In this document: positions 32,101 through 39,929 of the stretch, one piece after another | Numbering within the stretch: the stretch's first letter is position 1 | How the letters are laid out: the number at the start of each line of letters is the position of its first letter | IMG/VR virus record: IMGVR_UViG_3300025727_000603 | Coordinates: 1 to 64,000 of that record | Length of the DNA: 64,000 nucleotides | DNA from: a virus | Direction: 5' to 3' (one strand) | Position numbers and translations under genes: made by a program | Notes under the pieces: generated by a model | Seen by the model: only the letters and a program-made list of their open reading frames with translations | Told to the model about the DNA's origin: nothing | The model's database searches: none

Positions 32101-33715
32101 TATGTTAGGAAACACCAAGATGATGAGTTTATCCGATGTAGTAATTGATACTCATATCAATAAAGACTCAACGTATATCAAAAAAGTAGTTAAAGAACTT
32201 GTATATGACTCTTTAAATCCAGCTCATTGGGATTCAAGCGTTACAAACAAATATCATGACGGAATATCGGTCACTGATGCTCATAGTGGGATGGCTTCAA
32301 ATAAATACTATCGTGCTATGAAAATGGAACTTTTAGATGGGTTTGTATCTGGTGATACTCTGACATTTCATTACCATGACGGAGAGAATTTAAAAACTAT
32401 TTCCATTTCGGTTCCGGATAACGTATCAACTGGTTTAAATACAAAGGGTATATATCCGGCCGGAGTAATATCACAGGATCAATACAACGATAATCCTGAA
32501 TGGAAAAAAACAGCACGGTTTGGTGCTTCTAAATGGTTATCTCAATATCTTAAAGCAGAGTCTACCCCTGAACTCGCTACCTTTAACAGCTATTGGGATG
32601 TAACCTTCGCAACATACTATGACGGTAATGCTGATGTTGTTCCTGTTATAGTATTTACAGAGAAAAACCCTCTTTCTGTCAGTAATGAAACAAATTCACC
32701 TAACAATCAGTCACAATTGTGGAAACTTGGTCTGGAGTCTACTAACGCTGGTACTATTGCCTCTGGAAATTTTGACAATAGCAATACTGACAAAGTAGCA
32801 TATAATGAGAAATGGCACAGAGATGGCAACTACAATGACGAATTTAATCAATTTGATATATCTAAGGCAAACGATAGCAGTGGAATCTATACCAAAAATA
32901 AAACACCTCAGTATGCAGACAATTATATAACATCAATAGTAAATGTGCAAATTTCTGAACCTGAAATTATTAAAGATGATTTATCAGATACTCCTAAATT
33001 ATCTTTAAATATAGCAGGACAGACATCTACTAACCACATAGGGTCTTTCACACCATCAATAAGTGTTAATTCAAACGGCGTGGCAGAATTAACAATTACA
33101 ACTAGTGAGGATTTGACACCTTGGAAGGACGAGGGATACCTTAAATCGGCACCTAATAATACATACTCGGCAAGCGCTACCGGTCATATGACTAAAAGTA
33201 CAACCCAATGGGCCAGTGGAATTTTTAGCACAGATGCCGAACCTGGTACATCAACTGACTTCAAAGCAGGTAAAATTGTTTCTCGTAATGATTCGGGTGA
33301 CTTCTATGCTAATATTATGAATGGTACAGCAACTAAAGCCCGATATGCAGATTTAGCGGAAAACTATGTTGCTGATAAACAATATGAAGTTGGTACAGTA
33401 TTATCCTTAGGTGGTGAATTTGAGGTTACAGAATCAGATAGGATAATGGATTCTAGAATCGTAGGAGTCGTTTCTGAAAATCCTGCATACTTAATGAATT
33501 CATATTGTACAGGTGAATTTATAGCTACTGTAGCACTAAGAGGAAGAGTACCTGTTAAAGTAGAAGGACCAGTTGATAAAGGTGACATTATTATATCATC
33601 TGGAAGAGGTACAGGAGTTTCTAATAATAACCCTTCATTTGGTTCTATTATAGGAAAGGCTGTAGTATCTAAAACTTCTGAAGGTACCGAGTTAATAGAG
33701 GTAGTTATCACCTAA
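29177..33715 (+). CDS. tail fibre-like structural protein with C-terminal intramolecular-chaperone-like domain
   Basis: N-terminal SDTFNEWRLKTNEI and LTT.A.T...AINE motifs; C-terminal A.YADLAENY.AD..YEVGTV...GG..EVT...GVVSENPAYLMN...VAL.GRVPVKV.G...KGD...IIGKA. Confidence 0.7.
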   Translation: MVHILDKSTRINVTESDTFNEWRLKTNEIGSFIGDKHHIARYSTINYDWIPLWTDTELLNGNDENRKHPDTKVPYRKALVNIKIQGMHALESTSTEDWVAMQTETTQSIIKQEIDFGGMLTEENIRVTIKTHQPGAVNDDDRYYYGDVGTDYPYGYADNDILTIRGSSIGGVDGINDLKVKVAVTASHVNEGVTFKYISNVKISGQPINESEYGSDYITLALTKLPPASIYNELHQIRSDLAGEQENPNFIPFTKLTTNAQTIALAINEVNAKIQGTQGNLTLLKTIDDELQSIPWSKYYKQYTIDGNGNTTITDGYKIDDIVYVDPTIINDIGDTLYFKSITEYNVDNPVSRDNDGNFDRSYNLTQQGQGNLVENGVPVDSSITWFQVDSTVYSSMSLNKSLNIVNTSLGITSNNTLASLKNNHPDYTGPQDTIYHSLRNIDSYIGNYLGLKSQVYNRYVNPYRTVTLDGVATNNIDYSSIGTGDPGTIKLPTGMLLSQAFTDPNDLEYNFLPVDADKNGLYAQWTTQVTEPYQLYTKSYHPDTNVFNGFVAAADDDIVVALTKLRLRVDMLTEEIYLTKRDAGDSSAAWQWAQRITKSDQFENNFSGMHGIINILKGLEDLVSPITGDSLDRGKLSRSGFKTDYADTAGWDQSIPTGSKQEQSLTNNIYEDYDSSHVEGPLWAGSTDSDDKPLGIIAGSITRISADGGYKPQYSSDLLILRTAGVTPVDGTSHNNIDFPSTVTGTSKSADIRTLYPERIVINNGSETQVAIGYTETDRTDTNFWTNNDNTFIDHSSNPSWVWETSSGLNLLQQTATDQPMNLDVKGDIRATNKIYIGPSDNIRSIDDLYLSSGIREKEASENAPVQNIFTKPIFREGLVVHSEKPMNDWYTFTEDGRIQPDAQLLQREIEDVVGAMVTDKISATGTPSTLNMESGLNVRYDSLKADTNSGLRSPHQATLNFEVHSPDILITGDMLGNTKMMSLSDVVIDTHINKDSTYIKKVVKELVYDSLNPAHWDSSVTNKYHDGISVTDAHSGMASNKYYRAMKMELLDGFVSGDTLTFHYHDGENLKTISISVPDNVSTGLNTKGIYPAGVISQDQYNDNPEWKKTARFGASKWLSQYLKAESTPELATFNSYWDVTFATYYDGNADVVPVIVFTEKNPLSVSNETNSPNNQSQLWKLGLESTNAGTIASGNFDNSNTDKVAYNEKWHRDGNYNDEFNQFDISKANDSSGIYTKNKTPQYADNYITSIVNVQISEPEIIKDDLSDTPKLSLNIAGQTSTNHIGSFTPSISVNSNGVAELTITTSEDLTPWKDEGYLKSAPNNTYSASATGHMTKSTTQWASGIFSTDAEPGTSTDFKAGKIVSRNDSGDFYANIMNGTATKARYADLAENYVADKQYEVGTVLSLGGEFEVTESDRIMDSRIVGVVSENPAYLMNSYCTGEFIATVALRGRVPVKVEGPVDKGDIIISSGRGTGVSNNNPSFGSIIGKAVVSKTSEGTELIEVVIT

Positions 33716-34461
33716 TGATCGGTATTCTTGGTTATGGTTTTGTTGGGAAAGCAGTTGATAAAGGGTTCACAAAAACAGATAAAATAATATCGGACCCTTT
33801 ATATAATGACGTATCTATTGAAGATATGATGGATACAGAATGTATATTTGTATGCCTTCCAACACCTACAGTAAACGGTAAAATAGAAGCAACAATACTA
33901 TTAAATGCACTCAAGCATCTAGAAGAACTCGAGTACTCTGGTCTTATAATAATAAAATCTACTGTTCTTCCAGACCTAATTAAAGGGTACTCTAATAATG
34001 TAGTATGTGTACCGGAATTCTTATCTAGAGCAACAGCTCACCATGATTTCATTAACCCTCATGTATTAATAATAGGATCAAATTCTATTGTTACATCACA
34101 CCATACTTTAGCTATATTTAAGAAATATTCTGAGGTTTCCACAAAGAATGTACATCTAACAGATATAAAAACAGCTTGTATATTAAAGTATACTATGAAT
34201 ACCTTTAATGCCCTAAAAATAACATATTTAAACGAGATATATAAAGTATGTGGGATAGAGGGTATAGATTACAAAGAAATAGTATCTGTATTAGAGCGAG
34301 TACCGAGAATGGGTACAGGTCTTTTTGATGTTCCTGGTCCAGATGGTAAGTATGGATTTGGTGGTCCGTGTCTTCCTAAAGATGCTGAGTCTTTTGCCTC
34401 TGCATACTCTATGGATTTAGTAAAAGGTATATTAGAGGTTAATTCGTTATTAAGACATTAA
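33715..34461 (+). CDS. ugd: UDP-glucose/GDP-mannose dehydrogenase family protein (lacks C-terminal UDP-binding domain)
   Basis: GILGYGFVG Rossmann motif, FVCLPTP, IKSTV.P, PEFL, KY..N.F.ALKI...NE and catalytic GFGGPCLPKD. Confidence 0.85.
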   Translation: MIGILGYGFVGKAVDKGFTKTDKIISDPLYNDVSIEDMMDTECIFVCLPTPTVNGKIEATILLNALKHLEELEYSGLIIIKSTVLPDLIKGYSNNVVCVPEFLSRATAHHDFINPHVLIIGSNSIVTSHHTLAIFKKYSEVSTKNVHLTDIKTACILKYTMNTFNALKITYLNEIYKVCGIEGIDYKEIVSVLERVPRMGTGLFDVPGPDGKYGFGGPCLPKDAESFASAYSMDLVKGILEVNSLLRH

Positions 34462-35438
34462 ATGTTCTATTATCAGAAGGGTGTAATCTAAACTGCTCAT
34501 ATTGTGGAATGGATAAATGGTCTAAAACCACTATATCTCAAGATTCTGTAATAAATAGATTTAAAGAACTTAGACTTGAGTACCCTAATGATCGTATACG
34601 AATAGACTTTTTTGGAGGTGAACCTCTTCTCCAAATGAAGATGGTTAAGTCAATTATATCAAAGATGAAGAAAGTTGATGATAATTATACCTTAGCTATG
34701 CCTACTAATGGGATATCTCTAACACCTGGAATACTAGATTACCTAAAAAAAGAAAAAGTCTCTGTATCTCTCTCATTCGATGGCTTATGGCAAAACGATA
34801 GGAGACCTATTAGAGATTCCAATCTATCTTCTTTAAATGTACTGTACGCTAAACGAAAATTGTTTTCTGGATTAAAATGTCATTCTATGATATCCGGATC
34901 TGACTATAATTTACTAGAAAATCATTTATATATAACTCAAAATTTTGGGATGAATCCTGAACTAACATTAGTTAGGGATAGAGGGACATGGACACCAGAA
35001 TCAGTTAAACTTCTTCAGATCGGTATTAACGAAATTTATGAGTGGTACAAAAATAATCTCTCTGAAGATATGCCTAATTTTATATTATTCTGGCTTCGCG
35101 ATATATTAAGATATCATTATAAAGGATTTACAGTTGAAGGATGTGGTGTAGGAAGAGATCTTCATGCATTAACAGAGACTGGAGAGTCCGTTACATGTGA
35201 CAGATTTGCTGGGGATAAAGAAGCAGTTGAGAAGATAAATGAGTTTTACTCTATGCCTGAATGCTCAACTTGTCGTGTAAAGAATTATTGTCATAAAGGT
35301 TGTATGTATGAACAAATTAAGTCAAATGGGCCAATCCCTGAACTTTGTGATATATATAAGTATTGTTATGATAAAACAAAAGAAATACTACCCCTGATAC
35401 CTAAAGATATAATAAGGAGAGAATTGAATGATTCATGA
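34449..35438 (+). CDS. radical SAM/SPASM protein 1 (peptide-maturase type); probable ATT start
   Basis: The CNLNCSYC motif is at 34482-34505, in frame but upstream of ATG 34509. Also FFGGEPLL, TNG, SFDG, CGVG...C and C..C.....C.KGC...C (SPASM). Confidence 0.85.
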   Translation: MKTLNVLLSEGCNLNCSYCGMDKWSKTTISQDSVINRFKELRLEYPNDRIRIDFFGGEPLLQMKMVKSIISKMKKVDDNYTLAMPTNGISLTPGILDYLKKEKVSVSLSFDGLWQNDRRPIRDSNLSSLNVLYAKRKLFSGLKCHSMISGSDYNLLENHLYITQNFGMNPELTLVRDRGTWTPESVKLLQIGINEIYEWYKNNLSEDMPNFILFWLRDILRYHYKGFTVEGCGVGRDLHALTETGESVTCDRFAGDKEAVEKINEFYSMPECSTCRVKNYCHKGCMYEQIKSNGPIPELCDIYKYCYDKTKEILPLIPKDIIRRELNDS

Positions 35439-35658
35439 TATTACTGATATTAATCAGATTAATACAAGATTATTGAAGACTGTTACACACCTGATAGATG
35501 CGTCTAAATATCTTTCGGATATACCTGAATTTCAAGAAGAATCCTATAAAATTGCTCTTCTGGCAAAATGTTTTATTGATGTAGTCGAACCTCAAAAAGA
35601 AAAAATTACAGAAGAAACAATTAATTCTATACTAGATGAGATATTAAATGCTCAATAA
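35428..35658 (+). CDS. small helical hypothetical protein between the two SPASM enzymes
   Basis: 76-aa ORF with SD (aggag), overlapping both neighbours. Confidence 0.6.
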   Translation: MIHDITDINQINTRLLKTVTHLIDASKYLSDIPEFQEESYKIALLAKCFIDVVEPQKEKITEETINSILDEILNAQ

Positions 35659-36784
35659 TAAAAGACAACAATTTACGTTTGAAATTACAACTACTGCTCT
35701 CTGTAATATGAATTGTACATATTGCTTTGAAGGTCTAAAAACAGATAAGCGTACTTTAAACAATGTACAGGTTTCTGTATTAAAGTCTAAAATAGAGGAA
35801 ATATTAAAATCCAATTGGTTTTTAAGAGATTATGGAGTCCTTAATATATCATTTTGGGGTGGAGAACCTACATTAAATGGACCATTAATTGTTGATATGA
35901 TGAATACATTCGAGCTAAATGATTCTGTAACCTATCATATATATACTAATGGACTAGATAGAAAGAAACTTGATTATGTACTTGATTCAGTATCTACAGA
36001 TAAACTTGCAATTCAGGTATCTTGGGATGGTGATGTCATTAATAAAAAGTATAGAGTTCAGGGAGTAGATAAAGATACAACTGCACGAGTACTTAATAAT
36101 TTAGAGTATCTAATAGAAAGGGGTATAAACGTCTCAATGAAAGCTACAATACCTCTAGAGTCTATGGACGATATTGAAGAAACATGGGATTCATACAAAA
36201 CTTTATATGACAAATTAGGGTCTAGAGCTAATATATCTTATGCCCCTACAATAGATTATGTAAATGAATTACCTGAGGAGACCCAAGAAGCTTCAATAGC
36301 TACATTTAGATCAGCTATGATTAGAGTAGCAAAAAAGGAATTAGAATTTTATAAAGAGCATAATCATTTTTTATGCTCTTGGTTTGACGGTAATGAGCAG
36401 AAAGTACATTGTTCCTCGGGTGCTAATATGGTTGCTATAGATGTAACGGGTAAGTCTTATGCGTGTCATGGTTCATTATATTCTCCTAATAAAGAATCAA
36501 TGGGTTCAGGATCTATAACAGATGCTGAGTGGGTTAAGAATTTAGGTTCTGAAACTAAAAAATATAAAAAGGCTATTAAAACTGTACCTGAAACATGTGT
36601 AGATTGTGTTGCAACAACTTGTATGATTTGCCCTGTATCTTCCTTAGATAATTCAAAAAAATCAGATTTTATGGATAGGTGGACTGATAGATATATAAAT
36701 AATATGTGTGGGTATTTTAAAACATTTGGTGAAATAGACCGAGCGGTTGTAACCAAAATAAACAGAGAAAGAGAAGAGGCATAG
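35648..36784 (+). CDS. radical SAM/SPASM protein 2 (peptide-maturase type)
   Basis: CNMNCTYC, FWGGEPTL, YTNG, QVSWDG, CSSG...YACHG and CVDCVATTCMIC...C. Confidence 0.9.
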   Translation: MLNNKRQQFTFEITTTALCNMNCTYCFEGLKTDKRTLNNVQVSVLKSKIEEILKSNWFLRDYGVLNISFWGGEPTLNGPLIVDMMNTFELNDSVTYHIYTNGLDRKKLDYVLDSVSTDKLAIQVSWDGDVINKKYRVQGVDKDTTARVLNNLEYLIERGINVSMKATIPLESMDDIEETWDSYKTLYDKLGSRANISYAPTIDYVNELPEETQEASIATFRSAMIRVAKKELEFYKEHNHFLCSWFDGNEQKVHCSSGANMVAIDVTGKSYACHGSLYSPNKESMGSGSITDAEWVKNLGSETKKYKKAIKTVPETCVDCVATTCMICPVSSLDNSKKSDFMDRWTDRYINNMCGYFKTFGEIDRAVVTKINREREEA

Positions 36785-36787
36785 ACT

Positions 36788-37576
36788 ATGACAAATACAT
36801 ACGGGACATCAACCTTTATACCAGAAGATAAGTGGCATACAGCTTCGACCGGTGGAAACGAATACAAATCAGTCAGTTCTACTTGTAGCGGTCATAGAGC
36901 TAATAATTCCCACAATAATGTAGACTGGAACCTATTTGGGACTGACACAATAATCAGCATAGGTGATTATAATACTATATACGATGCTGTTCAGACAGAA
37001 CTAGAAGAATGGTTAGCGTTTAAAAACTACAGTGGTACAAAGACATATTCGGATCTAAAAGGTTATAGAAATGTAGGTTCCAGAAAAACAACAGATAGTG
37101 TAATAGACGATCAAGATCTTGTCGCTATCCATTCTATATTAGAGGCTATACTTGGAGAAAACGGAGCAAAACATACAAACACTAATTATGGAAATAGCGG
37201 TCAAGCTAACCGAATAGGTACGGGATGGACTAACAGCTCAGGTACTGCTCCTACATCAACAAAAACAAGCGCTGAGAAAGTTAAAATCACTGATGTTACC
37301 TCTACTGCTATTAGAAAAGGTGCTGTTAAAGGGGCGGGCATGATTGAAAAATCGTATAGTTCAGAATTTGGTGGTAAGGTAGAAGGTACGCTTATTCAAA
37401 ACGAATTCTACAATCCAACTGGTGCAGCTGAGTTTGATGGAAAAACGAGATGGGCAGACAATTCCATTGAGGAAAAATTTAACCGATGTCGTAGTAATTG
37501 TATTTGCGATTCTGATTGTGCCTGTAATGCTGTTTGTAATTGTAACAATAACTGTGATTGTAATTATACTCAATAG
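36788..37576 (+). CDS. Cys-rich-tail protein, candidate radical SAM substrate / virion component
   Basis: S/T/G/N-rich 262-aa protein ending CRSNCICDSDCACNAVCNCNNNCDCNYTQ (9 Cys in 29 aa); SD gagg present. Confidence 0.7.
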   Translation: MTNTYGTSTFIPEDKWHTASTGGNEYKSVSSTCSGHRANNSHNNVDWNLFGTDTIISIGDYNTIYDAVQTELEEWLAFKNYSGTKTYSDLKGYRNVGSRKTTDSVIDDQDLVAIHSILEAILGENGAKHTNTNYGNSGQANRIGTGWTNSSGTAPTSTKTSAEKVKITDVTSTAIRKGAVKGAGMIEKSYSSEFGGKVEGTLIQNEFYNPTGAAEFDGKTRWADNSIEEKFNRCRSNCICDSDCACNAVCNCNNNCDCNYTQ

Positions 37577-37588
37577 GAGATGAAATAA

Positions 37589-38203
37589 ATGATGATATAT
37601 AATATGGCACTAGTGACAGATAAAGGAACACATTTTGAGATAAATGGGGTTACAACTAACGTAGCCTCTAATATAAAAAACAAAGAAGAGCACTATCTTA
37701 ATCTTTCTTCAAAAGCAGCAGAAATTATTAAGGAAGCATTAAACTCTGGTAATAATAGAATTAATGTCTATAAACCATTAAAGTCTATGGAAGTTTTACC
37801 GGGAGAAGTTATTATAGAGGATATAGATCCAGAAGATATCAGAAATGTTAAATCGTCAGAGATTAAAAGAATCAGGGTCCTAATAACACCCGAACTAGCT
37901 TCCATTTCAGGTATAGCACTCTATTCATGGATTATGCTTAATAATGAACTAAATTCTAAAGGATACTTTATATATGATGGTAATAGAGAAGAAGTATACC
38001 TAAGTATATTAGAAACTGGTGATGAAGAGCTTATTAACAAGCTGGAAGAATATTTAAATTATAAAGATGAGATTGCTAGAGTAGCTCAATTAAATTCTAA
38101 ATTTTCTAATATTATTAAAGAAATAATGACTCTTACAGATAAAGATGAGATTATTGAGAAAGCTAACAAATTTATAGAAAATTATATGAAGTTAAATGAT
38201 TAA
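37589..38203 (+). CDS. hypothetical protein (possible partner/chaperone of the Cys-rich protein)
   Basis: 204-aa ORF with strong SD (aggag); no catalytic motif recognised. Confidence 0.55.
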   Translation: MMIYNMALVTDKGTHFEINGVTTNVASNIKNKEEHYLNLSSKAAEIIKEALNSGNNRINVYKPLKSMEVLPGEVIIEDIDPEDIRNVKSSEIKRIRVLITPELASISGIALYSWIMLNNELNSKGYFIYDGNREEVYLSILETGDEELINKLEEYLNYKDEIARVAQLNSKFSNIIKEIMTLTDKDEIIEKANKFIENYMKLND

Positions 38204-38205
38204 TA

Positions 38206-38976
38206 ATGAGCAGGCGAATTGGTGTAGTATATAAATGGCAAATACATAATAAGATAAATGGATCTTTATTCTATGCATTTGAGTATGCAGTATACCTCAA
38301 AACTGAGCTATACATAGTAGGAATCACAAAAGAAGATTTAAATCTAGTTAACAATATCTTCAGAGCAAAATACTCTATTTCTCCGGTGAATATTAAATCA
38401 ATTAATGTAACTAATTTATATAGCCTTGATCTCCAGAAAACTCTATTAGTTGATATTAAATCGTTCTATAATGTAAAGGAATTCCTGACAGGAGATGTTC
38501 ATGTATTCTCCGATGTATCTCATCCTATGTTTAGATATAAGAATGAAAGGAGTGTAACATACTATGGATCATATGATTATCAGAATTATGATGTATTTAA
38601 TTATCTTAAATTAAACTTTTCTATATTTAAAGATATTATAAAGTCTGAAGATAAAACCTTTGTATCAGGGGTGTATCCATTCTTAGGATTCTCGAAATAT
38701 CGGAATAAAGATAATATTATAATGAAAGAACATTATGTGGGTCGTGGAGATTTATTTGAATTAATATCTTCAGTAGTATATGTACATAGCTCACGTGATA
38801 CTAATAATAGAATAATTCCAGAAGCCTTTTATTACTCTAAGAAAATTAAAATCATTGAAGAACTAGAGAATATAATAGACTCTGTTACTCTTAGATATAA
38901 TGATATTAAGACTAATGGTCTTTCTAATTATACATTATCCCGTGACGATATGATGATACAAGGAATGCTAGGATGA
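38206..38976 (+). CDS. hypothetical protein, possible degenerate GT-B glycosyltransferase
   Basis: N-terminal INGSLFYAFEY and C-terminal D...RIIPEAFYY.K, resembling the GT-B donor-binding helix. Confidence 0.4.
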   Translation: MSRRIGVVYKWQIHNKINGSLFYAFEYAVYLKTELYIVGITKEDLNLVNNIFRAKYSISPVNIKSINVTNLYSLDLQKTLLVDIKSFYNVKEFLTGDVHVFSDVSHPMFRYKNERSVTYYGSYDYQNYDVFNYLKLNFSIFKDIIKSEDKTFVSGVYPFLGFSKYRNKDNIIMKEHYVGRGDLFELISSVVYVHSSRDTNNRIIPEAFYYSKKIKIIEELENIIDSVTLRYNDIKTNGLSNYTLSRDDMMIQGMLG

Positions 38977-39929
38977 GTAAAATACTACAATTACCTAAAG
39001 AATATGAATTATGGTTGACTTATTCATGGAGTAATGACAACCACGGCATATGTGGTCATACTTTTGAAGTCATTGATTACTACCATATATTAAAAAACCA
39101 TTTTAAAGTTGGTATATTATTAGCTGAAGATATAGATATGAATATGTTTGTTCAGGCTATTCAAGAGAAATACGATTTTAATACTGATGAACTTAAAGAT
39201 ATAAAGCGAAATACTCTTTTTAAAAAGAGACCTAGACTAGTATCAGGATCTAATATTATCTTTACTGATGGTGGTGTATTATCAACAAAAGATAGTACAT
39301 TACTATTTGATAATATCTTTCATATGGCTTGTGGTGATAAAGAAATAAAAGATAATACAAAAGAAAATGTGTGGATACTTCAAGATGATAGAGTTTATGA
39401 CCCAGTAACTCTTAATGGTATTAATTACAAAAAGAAGATACTATTTTCTAGATTAAAACGACTTAAACGACCTGCATTATTCCCTGGCTGGTTAAGAACT
39501 ATTATGCTATATTCTACTAAGAATTGTCGTAATATTCCAGAAGCTCAAATTAAAAAAATATCTAATAAGTATAAAGGATATCATATAATGGTGCTTACTA
39601 ACTCAGAAAATAAAGGTAAAGACTCTGAGTGGATTAAATATTATGAAGTACCTACAAAGGATCTATTTAATCGGTTTATTATGTATTATTATACACCTAT
39701 AGAAAGGAAGCATGATTGTTCTCCTAGGTTTATAGCTGAGTGTAGGTATTATAATAAACAAGTTGTATACGATTCTAAAATAAACGATGAGTATCTTCAG
39801 ACGGACTTAGGGTTAAAGTATAGAATGCAGGATATTGAAGAGGACTTTGAGTCTTTATACTTAGAGGAAAATGATGACATAATTAATATTATTAAGAATA
39901 TTATATATAATGAGCCCAATAAACTATAA
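38973..39929 (+). CDS. hypothetical protein, possible degenerate GT-B glycosyltransferase; distant paralog of the previous ORF
   Basis: GICGHTFEVIDYY and DCSPRFIAECRYYNK.V.Y motifs parallel those of 38206-38976. Confidence 0.4.
   Translation: MSKILQLPKEYELWLTYSWSNDNHGICGHTFEVIDYYHILKNHFKVGILLAEDIDMNMFVQAIQEKYDFNTDELKDIKRNTLFKKRPRLVSGSNIIFTDGGVLSTKDSTLLFDNIFHMACGDKEIKDNTKENVWILQDDRVYDPVTLNGINYKKKILFSRLKRLKRPALFPGWLRTIMLYSTKNCRNIPEAQIKKISNKYKGYHIMVLTNSENKGKDSEWIKYYEVPTKDLFNRFIMYYYTPIERKHDCSPRFIAECRYYNKQVVYDSKINDEYLQTDLGLKYRMQDIEEDFESLYLEENDDIINIIKNIIYNEPNKL

Noticed and set aside
15941-33715. Inteins, introns or homing endonucleases in the giant ORFs
   Set aside because: The frames are uninterrupted, and no splice-junction, LAGLIDADG, HNH or GIY-YIG motifs were noticed.
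35428-35658. 76-aa ORF as a PqqD/RRE domain or as the precursor peptide
   Set aside because: It looks all-helical without the three-strand RRE pattern and has only one Cys; a structure search is needed.
37487-37570. tgtaat-type repeats as a possible CRISPR array or DNA-level repeat
   Set aside because: The periodicity is explained by Cys/Asn codons, and there is no repeat-spacer structure.
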